A DNA stretch of 32,000 nucleotides from Mycobacterium tuberculosis H37Rv (GCF_000195955.2 NC_000962.3:2400001-2432000); one strand, 5' to 3'; positions 1 through 10,641 are shown, numbered from the stretch's first letter. Notes: a model not told the origin generated them from the sequence alone. Made by a program: numbers and translations.

Positions 1-328
1 CCAATGTCAGTGCCCCGCCCGGCAGTTCGCGGCCATCGCCGACACCCTCGGGCAACTCGGTGACGTTGGCAGGCAGGTTGGCCACCGCCCAGTGCCAGAA
101 CCCGGACAGGGTGGGGGCATCAGGGTCGTAGACGGTTACCGCGAAGCTGCGGGTCTCGCTGGGAAATCCCGACCACCTCAGCTGCGGACTGGCATCCGCC
201 CCGCCCGCACCCATGATCCCGCTGACCTGGGGTGTAGCCAGCGGCTGCCCATCGGTGATCGAGGTTGACGTCAGGCTGAAGGACGGCAGCTTGGGCAGCG
301 CGGCATACGGGTCGGGTGAAGTTGTCAT
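1..328 (-). CDS. PEBP / YbhB-YbcL family protein, truncated by window edge (N-terminal part)
   Basis: Minus-strand translation from ATG at 328 reads [37 protein letters not shown]...[40 protein letters not shown], typical of PEBP/YbhB proteins (DPDAP, FWHW motifs). Frame stays open to position 1. Confidence 0.85.
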
Positions 329-375
329 GGTCAGTCCTCTCGTGTGATCGACGTTGCGACTAGCCTCGTTTTCGA

Positions 376-1740
376 CTAGCAGTGTGTCAGCAAGTGCGTT
401 AGCACCTCGGTGCCGAACCGCAACCCATCGATGGGTACCCGCTCGTCGACGCCGTGGAACAACGAGGTGAAATCCAAGTCCGGCGGCAAGCGCAGCGGGC
501 TGAAGCCAAAGCACCGAATACCCAAGCGCGCGAACGCCTTCGCGTCCGTTCCACCGGACAGCATGTACGGCACCGTGCGACCGTCTGGGTCGACCGCCAA
601 CACCGCGGCGTTCATGGCGGCGACCAGATCACCGTCGAAGGTGGTCTCATATGATGGCAGATCGCTGACCCACTCCCGGGTCACGTCGGGTCCGATCAGC
701 GCGTCGACTTCGGCCTCGAACGCCGCCCGGCGACCCGGAAGCACGCGGCAGTCCACAACTGCCTCCGCGGTCGCCGGGACGACGTTGGCCTTGTATCCGG
801 CCTTGAGCATCGTAGGGTTCGCGGTGTCATGTAGCACTGCCTTCAACATGCGGGCCATCGGGCCAAGCTTGTCGATCGTCCCGGCCAGGTCCGGCGAGTC
901 AAGGTCGAAGGCCAGTCCGGTCTCCTCTCCGACTACGGCCAAGAACTGGGCGACGGTGTCAGTGCAGACCAGCGGAAACTGGTGGCGCCCTAGGCGAGCG
1001 ACCGCCTCACAAACGGCGGTGACCGCGTTCTGGTCGTGCACCATCGAGCCGTGCCCAGCCCGGCCGCGTGCCGTCAGCCGCATCCACTGGATGCCCTTCT
1101 CGGCGGTTTCAATCAGGTACAGGCGACGTTCGCCACCATCGTGCCGGGGCACGGTTAGCGAGAAACCGCCGACTTCACCGATTGCCTCGGTGATGCCGTC
1201 GAACAGATCGGGCCTATTGTCGACCAGCCAGTGCGACCCGTACTTGCCGCCGTGCTCCTCGTCGGCAACGAACGCGAACACCAGATCCCGTGGCGGCACG
1301 ATAGCGGCCTGACGAAGGTGGCGGGCAACCACAATCATCATGCCCACCATGTCCTTCATGTCGACCGCGCCACGACCCCAGACGTAGCCGTCTTCGATGG
1401 CGCCGGAAAACGGGTGCACACTCCATTCGGCCGGTTCAGCCGGCACCACATCGAGATGCCCGTGGATCAGCAGCGCGCCGCGAGAACTATCGGCGCCCGC
1501 CAGCCGGGCGAACACGTTGCCGCGGCCGGGCGCACCGGATTCAACGTATTCAGGTTGGTAGCCGACTTCGGCGAGCTGCTCGGCGACCCAGCGTGCGCAC
1601 TCGGCCTCACCCTTGGTGGTCCCGGGTTCGCCACTGTTGGTGGTATCGAACCGGATTAGCCTGCTGACGACCTGGGCGACATCATCGCTGTGGTCGCTTG
1701 AAGCCCCGGTCTCATCTGTCACAGTCACCTTTCCTACCAC
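376..1740 (-). CDS. M20 family zinc metallopeptidase (ArgE/DapE/ACY1-like)
   Basis: 454-aa ORF with [24 protein letters not shown] and VADEEHGG metal-binding/catalytic motifs. A GTG start at about 1722 is also possible. Confidence 0.9.
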
Positions 1741-1785
1741 TCGTAACCCTGGCGAGCCGATCGCCCCTGGCGCGCCGGGCCCGCG

Positions 1786-1927
1786 TCGTCGCCGAGCTGG
1801 ATTTGCTTACGTGGGCTGATTGCCTGGCTCCTCCTCACCCCGTTACCCGGGGCGCATCGTCGCCGAGCTCGATTTGATTGCCCGGCTCCTCCTCACCCCG
1901 TTACCCGGGGCGCATCGTCGCCGAGCT
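1786..1927. repeat. Minisatellite/VNTR, 58-bp unit: one full 58-bp copy (1857-1914), a partial copy (1915-1927), and an upstream variant copy (1786-1856) carrying a 13-bp insertion
   Basis: The string gctcctcctcaccccgttacccggggcgcatcgtcgccgagct occurs twice at 58-bp spacing. The variant copy matches except for the inserted cttacgtgggctg. Position and unit length fit the 58-bp Mtub30/VNTR2401 typing locus (recalled). Confidence 0.85.
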
Positions 1928-1986
1928 AGGTTGGGCCGGTGCGGGGCAATCCGATAGCCTTAGCTGCCAGCCCCGGTGGTTGGTTG

Positions 1987-2072
1987 GTCCGAGTGGCGGA
2001 ATGGCAGACGCGCTAGCTTGAGGTGCTAGTGCCCTACTAATGGGCGTGGGGGTTCAAGTCCCCCCTCGGACA
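1987..2072 (+). tRNA. tRNA-Leu (anticodon GAG)
   Basis: Acceptor stem GTCCGAG...CTCGGAC, D-loop region TGGCGGAATGGCAGACGC, anticodon arm CTAGC-TTGAGGT-GCTAG, long variable arm (class II), T-loop GGTTCAAGTCC. Confidence 0.95.
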
Positions 2073-2073
2073 C
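2055..2073 (+). repeat. 19-bp direct repeat, copy 1 (3' end of tRNA-Leu plus 1 nt); att-like
   Basis: caagtcccccctcggacac, identical to 2840-2858. Confidence 0.85.
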
Positions 2074-2103
2074 AACTTCTTAGCTCTATAGATCAAAACC
2101 AAG

Positions 2104-2120
2104 CCTTGACCTCGTCAAGG
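2104..2120. other. Perfect short inverted repeat (7-bp arms, 3-nt loop) just downstream of tRNA-Leu
   Basis: CCTTGAC-CTC-GTCAAGG; no T-tract, so function unassigned. Confidence 0.5.
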
Positions 2121-2192
2121 ACTAACGTTATGAGTTTGCTCATACCAACGATGGTCATCTCGTTGATGTCCTAATACCTAAGAACTCACCGA

Positions 2193-2510
2193 TCACTCGA
2201 AGGTGCGGCCAGAGATCTCAGCCTCGACCGCGTTCGGGTTCTCCATTCCGTGCCGAACAGCCAGTATGTCGATAGCCTCGTCGGTCGTCCGATAGGCAAC
2301 GTAGTACCTGAAGGGCCGGAGGTAGATGTGTCGATAGTGCTTGAATAACGGCGCAAACGCGTTCGGAGCCTGCGGAATCCGCTTCGTCACGGCATCGACA
2401 AACAAGTTGTAAAGCCGATCGATCTGATCTGGCGCCGCGTCCGCGTAGTAGGAAAACGCCTCGAATAGGTCGTCTTCAACCCCGTTATGGACGCGCAGCC
2501 TGCGCGTCAT
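2193..2510 (-). CDS. parE2: ParE/RelE superfamily toxin
   Basis: 105-aa ORF with VEDDLFEAFSYYADAAPDQIDRLYNLFVDAV, FKHYRHIYLRPFRYYVAYRTTDEAIDILAVRHGMENP. Overlaps the upstream small ORF by 4 bp. Confidence 0.88.
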   Translation of the reverse strand: MTRRLRVHNGVEDDLFEAFSYYADAAPDQIDRLYNLFVDAVTKRIPQAPNAFAPLFKHYRHIYLRPFRYYVAYRTTDEAIDILAVRHGMENPNAVEAEISGRTFE

Positions 2511-2722
2511 CCGAGCCGGGCGCGGATCCGCTTGTCGAAGTCATCAATGGTGGACCAATGAGCATCGTCGGTGTCATTGGCCCGCGCTTCGATGAGCGCC
2601 TGGTTGGCCTCGCTGATATGCATGCCCTCGGCTAGGTTTCCGTTGATGTGCTCGACGAGCTCAATCTGCTCATCACGCGACAGTGCGTCGACGCTCGCCA
2701 GCAATGCCCGGTTGACCACCAC
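2507..2722 (-). CDS. parD2: ParD-like antitoxin (putative addiction module component type)
   Basis: 71-aa ORF immediately upstream of and overlapping the toxin gene; acidic C-terminus HWSTIDDFDKRIRARLG. Confidence 0.82.
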   Translation of the reverse strand: MVVNRALLASVDALSRDEQIELVEHINGNLAEGMHISEANQALIEARANDTDDAHWSTIDDFDKRIRARLG

Positions 2723-2839
2723 TCAACGATACCCAAGGCAGCCAACGCCGGCAGCGCAGCATTCGGAGGCCAGGCTGAACTTCAAGCTGGCAGGTGTCAT
2801 CCGCTCAGTTGAAAGACCTCAACCCGGGTCGCAGGTGGC

Positions 2840-2858
2840 CAAGTCCCCCCTCGGACAC
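2840..2858 (+). repeat. 19-bp direct repeat, copy 2 (partial tRNA-Leu 3' end); att-like
   Basis: caagtcccccctcggacac, exact match to 2055-2073; flanking sequence does not continue the tRNA match. Confidence 0.85.
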
Positions 2859-2976
2859 CACATGTGACGGGTCGAAGACGAGGCACGCCGCGGACGACTT
2901 CGAGGGTAAGCAGCCGTATCCCGGGGAGGCCTGCCATGACCACTTCTGGGCCTATGGCAGCTAGCAAACGTCATGA

Positions 2977-4035
2977 ATGGAAGCGCCACCATATGCCGGC
3001 GATCCGACGTTCGAGCGTTTGCGGCGCTCGTTTCAGCCAGCCGATCTACTGCCGGAACTGCAAGCGGCAGGAGTGCATTACACAATCGCTGTCGAGGCGG
3101 CGGACGATCCGGCCGAGAATGAGTCTCTGTTGGCCACTGCGCGCCACCATGATTGGATAGCGCGCGTGATCGGTTGGGTCCCACTCGCCGATCCGGATGA
3201 GGTTACCGAGAGCTCGACGCACGGGCGGCACCGCCCGGACGCCTCCTGGCGACGAGATCTGCGGTGCCCCGGCCTGCTGCCGCCCGGGTGCCACCAGCCA
3301 GTCTTGGTCGTAGGCTTGGTAGGTCAGCAGCCGGAAATGCGACCGATGAATCCACCAAGTGGTTTTCTCCGGCGGACGCCGACCCGCAGGTTTCGCGACC
3401 GCCGCGATGCTGGTCGCGTATTGGCCGACGAACTTGCGTCCTATCGCGGCAGGGACCGGTTGCTCGTCCTCGGCCTTGCCCGCGGTGGCGTCCCCGTCGG
3501 CTGGGAAGTCGCGTCGGCGCTAGGCGCCGAATTGGATGTATTTCTGGTTCGCAAGCTCGGCGTGCCGCAGTGGCGCGAGCTGGCGATGGGCGCGTTGGCC
3601 AGTGGGGGCGGGGTCGTGATGAACGACGACGTGGTTTCCAGCTTGCGCATCACCGACCAGCAGGTGCGTGCGGCGATCGACAGCGAGACGGCAGAGCTGC
3701 AGCGGCGCGAGCTGGCGTATCGCGGCGGACGCCCTGTCGTCGATCCGCGCGCCAGGATCGTGATCCTGGTTGACGACGGCATCGCCACCGGCGCGAGCAT
3801 GCTGGCGGCGGTGCGCACCATCCGTGCCACCGGACCGGAGTCGATCGTCGTCGCGGTCCCGGTCGGTCCGGCCACAGCCTGCCGCGAGCTCGCGGCGGAA
3901 GCCGACGACGTGGTGTGCGCAACCATGCCGGCAGCGTTTGAGGCCGTCGGCCAGGTCTATAACGACTTTCATCAGGTCACCGACGACGAGGTCCGCGAGC
4001 TGCTCGCGACGCCAACCACAGGCGCAGCGACCTAA
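2977..4035 (+). CDS. Phosphoribosyltransferase-domain protein with an unrelated amidohydrolase-like N-terminal segment (composite ORF)
   Basis: PRPP-binding motif [22 protein letters not shown] and phosphoribosyltransferase-like sequence from about residue 140. Residues ~12-76 resemble the start of family-2 amidohydrolases. Internal ATGs at 3337 and 3346 could be the true start. Confidence 0.75.
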   Translation: MEAPPYAGDPTFERLRRSFQPADLLPELQAAGVHYTIAVEAADDPAENESLLATARHHDWIARVIGWVPLADPDEVTESSTHGRHRPDASWRRDLRCPGLLPPGCHQPVLVVGLVGQQPEMRPMNPPSGFLRRTPTRRFRDRRDAGRVLADELASYRGRDRLLVLGLARGGVPVGWEVASALGAELDVFLVRKLGVPQWRELAMGALASGGGVVMNDDVVSSLRITDQQVRAAIDSETAELQRRELAYRGGRPVVDPRARIVILVDDGIATGASMLAAVRTIRATGPESIVVAVPVGPATACRELAAEADDVVCATMPAAFEAVGQVYNDFHQVTDDEVRELLATPTTGAAT

Positions 4036-4164
4036 CGAGAGGATTCTCGTGAGGTGACTGGGATGGTCAGGATGCGTGGTCGAGGGTCTAGATCCGGAGC
4101 TGGGCGACAAACCACCCGATAACCTCCCACGACGCCCCTACCGAGGTCGGTGTCGCTGACGACC

Positions 4165-4521
4165 CTACTTGGCGCTGTCGTCGCTTCGGTCCGCCGATAC
4201 CGCCGACTCCTCGGTCGCTTCGCTGGCCTCCTCCGATGGCTCCTCACTGCCGATGACACCGGCGTCGACGGCTTGGCTCTCCTCGGGGGCTTCCTCCGGG
4301 TAGTCGACGTCGGCTTCCTCCGCGACACCCGTTTCCCCAGCCCCATCAGCTTCGTCCGCGCCACCTTGCTGGCGTTCTCGCAACGCATCGACGATCAGCA
4401 ACGCCACACCCAGCACGCTGGCCCCGATGCATACCCAGGCCACTAGCTGGTTGCTGGTGACCACCGCGAACACCAAGGCCAGGAGCCCAATCAGGGCCAA
4501 GACCAGCGCAATGATCAGCAT
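4165..4521 (-). CDS. Small membrane protein with acidic C-terminal tail
   Basis: 118 aa; two hydrophobic N-terminal segments (MLIIALVLALIGLLALVFAVV, LVAWVCIGASVLGVALLIV), then an E/D/A/S-rich tail. Confidence 0.75.
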   Translation of the reverse strand: MLIIALVLALIGLLALVFAVVTSNQLVAWVCIGASVLGVALLIVDALRERQQGGADEADGAGETGVAEEADVDYPEEAPEESQAVDAGVIGSEEPSEEASEATEESAVSADRSDDSAK

Positions 4522-4615
4522 CGGTCATCCTCCAACCGGCTAGCAGCGACTGCCCAACCTACCAGGATCTGGCTGCCGACCTCGAAAACTGGCGCGTGTC
4601 CGGCACGCCTGGTGG

Positions 4616-5398
4616 CTAGTTTTTGCCCCGGTTGAATTGATCGAAGCCACCGGCATCCGCATTGGAATCGACCGGCGCCGCCGATCCACGCTGGCCGAGT
4701 TCCTCCAGCTGCGATTCCAGGTAGGTCTTGAGCCTGGTGCGGTACTCACGTTCGAAGGTACGCAGCTGCTCGAGGCGGCCTTCAAGCACCGCGCGCTGCT
4801 GGTTGATGGTTCCCATGATCTCGGAGTGCTTGCGTTCCGCATCGGCCTGTAAGGCATCGGCCTTCTCCTGCGCCTGGCGCAACTGGGCCTCGGATCGGGA
4901 TTGGGCATCGGCCAGCATGGCATCGGCACGCTGGCGGGCCTCGGCGACCGTGGCGTCGGCGGTGTGTCGGGCCTCACCGAGGATCTGCTCCGCATTGGCA
5001 CGGGCATCGGCCAGCATCTTGTCCGACTCGGCTTTGGCGGTGTTTGTAAGCCGGTCGGCGGTGTCTTGGGCCAGACTCAGCACTCGCGCCGCCTTCAGGG
5101 CCTGTTCCTCGTTCATCCCCGCCGAGACCGCCGCCGGCGCCGGCTTGCCCGGTTCGGGCTCATACGCCGGGATTGCCTGGGTGGCCTGCGGCGTAACGCC
5201 GGCACCGCCGCCCGCGGCGAGCTCTTGATCCAGCTCGTTGATCCTCTGACGCAGATCGGAGTTCTCTTCGATCAGGCGGGTCAGCTCGTTTTCCACCAGG
5301 TCGAGGAAGGCGTCGACCTCATCTTCGTTGTACCCACGTTTGCCGATAGGCGGCTTACTGAACGCCACATTGTGGACGTCGGCAGGTGTAAGCGGCAT
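4616..5398 (-). CDS. wag31: Polar growth / cell-shape protein DivIVA (Wag31)
   Basis: 260 aa; N-terminal [46 protein letters not shown] plus long coiled coil. Confidence 0.97.
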
Positions 5399-5665
5399 TG
5401 TTTGTCCCCTCGAGTTCCTGGACGGTCAAACGATCTGGAAGTGTAGAACGGAGTGGTAGCCGTGGTGCAACTACCGTCCATCCTGTCACACCAGACTCGG
5501 CGGTTGCCGATTGGACTAAGTAAATAAGGACCAATTTCAAACTCTAAGACCAAATAAATCACAATCCTTAGATTTGAAATCGTGCGCGCCAAACTTGTCC
5601 CCAAATCGTGGCCGAACCGTCTCTCAATCCTCGTCATGCACCCGGCCGTGTGACCGCGCCGCGGC

Positions 5666-5956
5666 TCAGGCCGCAGCACCAAACGCCAGTTGCATACCGA
5701 TGAACGCAACCAGCAGCAGCACCATGATCGACAGGTCGAACCGGACCGCGCCGATCGTGAGTTGCGGGATCAGCCGGCGCAGCACCTTCACCGGCGGATC
5801 AGTGATCGACATGATGATCTCCAAGATCACCACGGTGACACCGGTGGGACGCCAGTCACGGCTGAACGAGCGGATGAACTCAACGACGACCCGAGCGATC
5901 AGCAGCAGCCAGAAGATGAACAGCGCGAACCCAAGGATCTGAAAAAACACCACCAA
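5666..5956 (-). CDS. YggT family membrane protein
   Basis: LVVFFQILGFALFIFWLLLIARVVVEFIRSF...SITDPPVKVLRRLIPQLTIGAVRFDLSIMVLLLVAFIGMQ; conserved next to sepF. Longer frame reaches 6052; likely TTG/GTG start near 5956. Confidence 0.85.
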   Translation of the reverse strand: MVVFFQILGFALFIFWLLLIARVVVEFIRSFSRDWRPTGVTVVILEIIMSITDPPVKVLRRLIPQLTIGAVRFDLSIMVLLLVAFIGMQLAFGAAA

Positions 5957-6117
5957 CGAGAGCCCCGACCTTACTGAGGAGGATGAAGAAATGTTGCGTC
6001 GCCACCGATGCGGGCGGCAACGCCAGCCTACCGACTCGGGTGGCGTGCCCACATCTCATGGCGGGCCACGCCCCGCCCAGCGTGGATGCCCAATGGGTCT
6101 ACAGGCGACCGTCGCGT

Positions 6118-6774
6118 CTATTGGTAGGCGTAGAACCCGGTTTCGGCGATCCTGCGGCGCTCCTCGGGGGACACATCGACGTCTGCAGGCGAGAGCAGGA
6201 ACACCTTGGTCGCGACCTTGTCGAACGAGCCGCGCAGCGCGAAGGCCAGGCCGGCCGCGAAATCGACCAGCCGCTTGGCATCGGCGTTGTCCATCGACAC
6301 CAGATCCATGATGACCGGGCTGCCGTCGCGGAACCGCTCACCGATGGTGCGAGCCTCGCTGTAGTCCTTGGGCCGCAGCGTGGTGATCTTCGAGAGCGGA
6401 TGGCCATCCTCGAACATCATCGCCATCCGGCGGGGGTCCATCGCTAGCGCGCCGCGGGTGGAGTTGCGCAGCCACGATCCGAAGCGCGGCCGTGTCATCT
6501 CCGCGCGGTCGAACTCCCGGGGCCGGAAACGTGGTTCGTCCGCGTACCCGCCGCGATATCCCGGTGGTGGATAGTCGGCCGGCTCACCGCGCAGGTCACC
6601 GCGTGAATCGCTGCGCGCGTCGTCGTAGTCGCGCCCATCGTAGCGGCCGTAGTCGTCGTCGAATCGGGGCCGCGCATACCCGCGCGAGGGAGCGCGGTCG
6701 TCGTAGTACTCGTCGTCGTAATCCTCCATGGGAGCCATACCGAAGTAGGCCTTGACCTTGTGCAGTGTGCTCAT
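6118..6774 (-). CDS. sepF: Cell division protein SepF
   Basis: [24 protein letters not shown]...[45 protein letters not shown]...[16 protein letters not shown] extends to 6843, but the family start fits M24 (6774). Confidence 0.93.
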   Translation of the reverse strand: MSTLHKVKAYFGMAPMEDYDDEYYDDRAPSRGYARPRFDDDYGRYDGRDYDDARSDSRGDLRGEPADYPPPGYRGGYADEPRFRPREFDRAEMTRPRFGSWLRNSTRGALAMDPRRMAMMFEDGHPLSKITTLRPKDYSEARTIGERFRDGSPVIMDLVSMDNADAKRLVDFAAGLAFALRGSFDKVATKVFLLSPADVDVSPEERRRIAETGFYAYQ

Positions 6775-6839
6775 TGCGTGACCCCTTCTAGCCCTGGGAG
6801 ATCTGTTGTCTGTGATGAAGGTGTGACTACAGTGACTAT

Positions 6840-7616
6840 TCACGGTGACCGTAACCGCCGCGGACCCAATAGCGCGGTACCGACACGCACACAGGTCGAA
6901 CCATGTTTGACGGCGACTTCAAGGTCGTTGGACATGCCCGCCGACAGACCGATCGCGTGCGGGAACATCGCACGCACCCGGTTGTGCTCCGATTGCAGCC
7001 GGTCAAAGGCCTCGTCCGGGTCCCAATCCAGCGGCGGAATGCCCATCAACCCGACCAGTTCGAGGCCCTCTGACTCCTGCACCTGCGCGCAAATCCGGTC
7101 TACGGCGCCGGGCGTCGTGCTGTCGACGCCGCCCCGGGATCCGTCACCGTCGAGGCTGACCTGGACGTAAACCCGCAGCCGCTCGCCACGACGGTGTTCG
7201 GCCAGCGCCGCAACAACCGCCCGATCCAGCGCGGTCACCAACCGCGAGCTGTCCACCGAGTGAGCGGTGTGCGCCCAGCGAGCCAGCGACCCGGCTTTGT
7301 TGCGTTGAATCCGGCCCACCATGTGCCAGTGCACACCCCCCGAGTGACCCAACTCGGCAGCCGCCAACAACCGATTAAGTTCGGCCATCTTGGCTGAAGC
7401 TTCCTGTTCGCGCGATTCGCCAACGGACCGACAACCCAATCGAAACAAAATCGCAACATCGGTTGCTGGAAAGAATTTGGTAATCGGTAGAAGTTCAATT
7501 TCGCCGACATTGCGACCCGCCGCCTCCGCGGCCGCCGCAAGTCGCGATCGCATTGCCGCCAACGCATGCGTCAATTCCGATTCGCGGTCTGGATACGCCG
7601 AAAGATCCGCCGCCAT
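6840..7616 (-). CDS. YggS/PLPBP family PLP-binding protein
   Basis: [89 protein letters not shown]. Frame opens to 7634. Confidence 0.9.
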   Translation of the reverse strand: MAADLSAYPDRESELTHALAAMRSRLAAAAEAAGRNVGEIELLPITKFFPATDVAILFRLGCRSVGESREQEASAKMAELNRLLAAAELGHSGGVHWHMVGRIQRNKAGSLARWAHTAHSVDSSRLVTALDRAVVAALAEHRRGERLRVYVQVSLDGDGSRGGVDSTTPGAVDRICAQVQESEGLELVGLMGIPPLDWDPDEAFDRLQSEHNRVRAMFPHAIGLSAGMSNDLEVAVKHGSTCVRVGTALLGPRRLRSP

Positions 7617-7621
7617 CGCGG

Positions 7622-8374
7622 TCATTCCATCCACACCAACGACGCGAACCGTCCGGTGGGCGCATCGCGGCGGTGGCTGAACAACGTCGGATCGGCCACC
7701 GTGCAGCGGGGATCGACGTCGATAGACTCAACACCCAAATCGCGGAGCTGGCAAGCGATTCCGGCGCGCAGGTCGACTCCGGGAGTGCCGGCAGCGGTGG
7801 TGGTGCGGCTGCCCGGCAACGCCGCCTCGACCTCATCGGCCATCGCTGCGGGCACTTCGTAGTTGCGACCACTGACCGCGGGACCCAACAGTGCCGAGAT
7901 GTCGCGGACCTGGGCACCCAGGCTCAACATCACCTCCAGCGCGCGAACCACCACACCGCGCTGCGCGCCTGCCCGACCGGCATGAACCGCGGCGGCGATA
8001 CCGGCCCGTGCGTCGGCCATCAGCACCGGCACGCAGTCGGCGGTCACAACCGCCAGCGCCAATCGGGGTGTAGCGGTCACCAATCCGTCGGTGTCATCGA
8101 GTGCCGTATTGCGCGGCTGGTCGACCAGCTCGACCCGATCCCCGTGCACCTGGTTCATCCACACCACTCGGTTGCCGGGCAGTCCGATGGCTGCGGCCAG
8201 CCGAGCGCGGTTTGCCGCCACCGCGGCCGGGTCGTCACCAACGTGGTCGCCGAGGTTGAAGGTGTCGAACGGTGGGGCCGACACACCACCTGCCCGGGTG
8301 GTGGTGACCCGACGGATGCGAACACTCACGTTCCCAGTATCGCCGCGGGCGATGTGCCGCGTACTGGCGAGCAA
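7622..8374 (-). CDS. YfiH/LACC1 family polyphenol oxidase-like protein
   Basis: NRVVWMNQVHGDRV, ADCVPVLMAD, AAVHAGRAG, CQLRDLGVESIDVDPRCTVADPTLFSHRRD. TTG start assumed at 8374; longer ORF to 8428. Confidence 0.88.
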   Translation of the reverse strand: MLASTRHIARGDTGNVSVRIRRVTTTRAGGVSAPPFDTFNLGDHVGDDPAAVAANRARLAAAIGLPGNRVVWMNQVHGDRVELVDQPRNTALDDTDGLVTATPRLALAVVTADCVPVLMADARAGIAAAVHAGRAGAQRGVVVRALEVMLSLGAQVRDISALLGPAVSGRNYEVPAAMADEVEAALPGSRTTTAAGTPGVDLRAGIACQLRDLGVESIDVDPRCTVADPTLFSHRRDAPTGRFASLVWME

Positions 8375-8384
8375 GCCGATGCTC

Positions 8385-9524
8385 TCAGCGGCGCATGAAG
8401 GGCGGCACGTCGACATCGTCGTCATCACCGCCGATGCTCAGGGTTGCGCCGTTGGTGTGCAACGGCACGCTGACGGCGTCGACCGGCTCGAACAAGGTCG
8501 AGGTGAGCTTGCCTGCCTTGGCTGACTCGATCCGGTGGGCGCCGCCGGTCTCGCCCATCACCGGCTTGCGGCCGGGACCGCTGACGTCGAAGCCGGCCGC
8601 GATCACGGTCACCCGCACCTCGTCACCGAGCGAATCGTCGATGACGGTGCCGAAGATGATGTTGGCATCGGGGTGAGCGGCGTCTTGTACCAACGAGGCC
8701 GCCTCGTTGATCTCGAACAAGCCCAAGTCGCTGCCGCCGGCGATCGACATCAGCACGCCTTGCGCGCCCTCCATCGAGGCTTCCAGCAACGGCGAGTTGA
8801 TGGCGATCTCGGCCGCTTTGAGCGACCGGCCTTCGCCCCGGGCCGAGCCGATGCCCATCAGTGCGGTGCCGGCACCGGACATGATGCCCTTGACGTCGGC
8901 GAAGTCGACGTTGATTAGACCCGGGGTGGTAATCAGGTCGGTGATGCCCTGCACGCCGTTGAGCAGCACCTCGTCGGCGCTACGGAAAGCATCCATCAGC
9001 GATACCGCGGCATCTCCCATCTGCAGCAACCGGTCGTTGGGAATCACGATGAGGGTGTCGCAACTCTCCCGCAGCGCCGCGATGCCATTTTCGGCCTGAT
9101 TGCTGCGTCGCTTGCCCTCGAACGAGAACGGCCGGGTGACCACACCGACGGTCAACGCGCCCAGCTTGCGGGCGATGCTGGCGACGACGGGTGCCCCCCC
9201 GGTGCCGGTTCCGCCCCCCTCGCCGGCGGTGACAAACACCATGTCGGCACCGCGCAGCAGCTCTTCGATCTCGTCCTTGGCGTCCTCGGCGGCCTTACGG
9301 CCGACCTCCGGATCGGCGCCGGCGCCCAGCCCGCGGGTGGAGTCGCGGCCGACGTCGAGTTTGACGTCGGCATCGCTCATCAACAACGCCTGGGCGTCGG
9401 TGTTGATCGCGATGAATTCCACGCCTTTGAGGCCCTGCTCGATCATTCGGTTGACGGCGTTGACACCGCCACCACCGATACCCACGACCTTGATGACGGC
9501 CAGGTAGTTGTGCGGGGGGGTCAT
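8385..9524 (-). CDS. ftsZ: Cell division GTPase FtsZ
   Basis: [52 protein letters not shown], tubulin signature [16 protein letters not shown]-terminal [16 protein letters not shown] opens to 9590 with M at 9524. Confidence 0.99.
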
Positions 9525-9696
9525 CGTTCGGCTTCCTCCCTGGTGGGGCTCGGTTCTTCGGTGTGTCTGCTGGCAAACTCTCAACCTCAACCATAGGCTT
9601 AGAGTTATGTCAAGTAGTTGCTCGTAGTCAGAACCGTATGGCTACGACGGTTGCTAACCGTGCAGGCGCGCCGATACGCGGCGGGCATTTTTTCGG

Positions 9697-10641
9697 CTAT
9701 TTCACGGTCGGCAGGTCGGGGCTGGACACGTCGTACGTTCTGCCTGGCTGGGTCAACAGCGCCGCCAGCTTTTCGGCCTTCTCTTCGCAGCGGTCGGTGG
9801 TTCCCCAGATCACCACGCGGCCATCGGCCAACGTCAGGGTGATCGAGGCCACCGACGGGGCCGCGATCCGCCCCACCTGGCTTGCAACTTCAGGATGCAG
9901 CGCGGTCAACACCTGCAGCGCCGCCTTGGTCGTCGGATCGCTAGGACCGGGATTGTCCACATCGAAATAAGGCAACGCCGGCGGTGGCGGATCGGTCGCG
10001 AAGTCGACGCCGTCGCGGTCAAAAAGGTGCGGGCCGTCCGAAAAATCCTTGACCACCACCGGGACCCGCTCGACGATGGTGATCCGCAAGGCCGACGGGT
10101 ACTGCCGCTGCACCCGCGCACTGGCCACCCGCCGGATCGTGGCCACTCGGTCAGCAACCTGTTGGGTGTCGATCTGCAGCAACGGCGTTGCCGGCCGCAC
10201 TCTGGCGGCGTCGAGAACCTCCTCGCGGCTCACCGCCCCGATCCCGATGATCACGATCTCGCGGGCCGACATCGCCGGCGTGAAGTACAGCGCGAGCCCA
10301 AGCCCGATCCCGACGACGGCCAGCACGACCGTCGCGAGCAGCGCCTTCAGCCCTCGAACAACACCTCGGGCGGCCGGTTTGGCGGGGTTCTGCTCACTGA
10401 CGATCTGCCCGCGGGCTCGCCGTTTGGCCGCGCGGCGAGCCTGCTCGATCGCGGTAGCTCGAGCCTGCGCGGCGCGACGTTCGGCACGTTCGCGGCGGGC
10501 GCGCCGACGCGGCCCTTCGAATTCTGGGTGCTCGGCCGGTTCGTCCTTCGATTCGGTGGCCAACGGCTCCGTAACCGCCTCCTCGTCGGCGGCGTCGTCG
10601 GCCACGCGCTCGATCTGTGGGTCCTCGTTGTGTTCCGTCAT
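9697..10641 (-). CDS. ftsQ: Cell division protein FtsQ (POTRA domain)
   Basis: 314 aa; single TM ([21 protein letters not shown]) followed by [36 protein letters not shown]; sits between murC and ftsZ. Confidence 0.96.
   Translation of the reverse strand: MTEHNEDPQIERVADDAADEEAVTEPLATESKDEPAEHPEFEGPRRRARRERAERRAAQARATAIEQARRAAKRRARGQIVSEQNPAKPAARGVVRGLKALLATVVLAVVGIGLGLALYFTPAMSAREIVIIGIGAVSREEVLDAARVRPATPLLQIDTQQVADRVATIRRVASARVQRQYPSALRITIVERVPVVVKDFSDGPHLFDRDGVDFATDPPPPALPYFDVDNPGPSDPTTKAALQVLTALHPEVASQVGRIAAPSVASITLTLADGRVVIWGTTDRCEEKAEKLAALLTQPGRTYDVSSPDLPTVK

Noticed and set aside
2864-3294. Small overlapping ORFs (2864..3160 +, 2819..3184 -, 3046..3294 -) around the composite gene start
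   Set aside because: No recognisable family or strong start context; probably decayed or non-coding DNA at the edge of the putative island.
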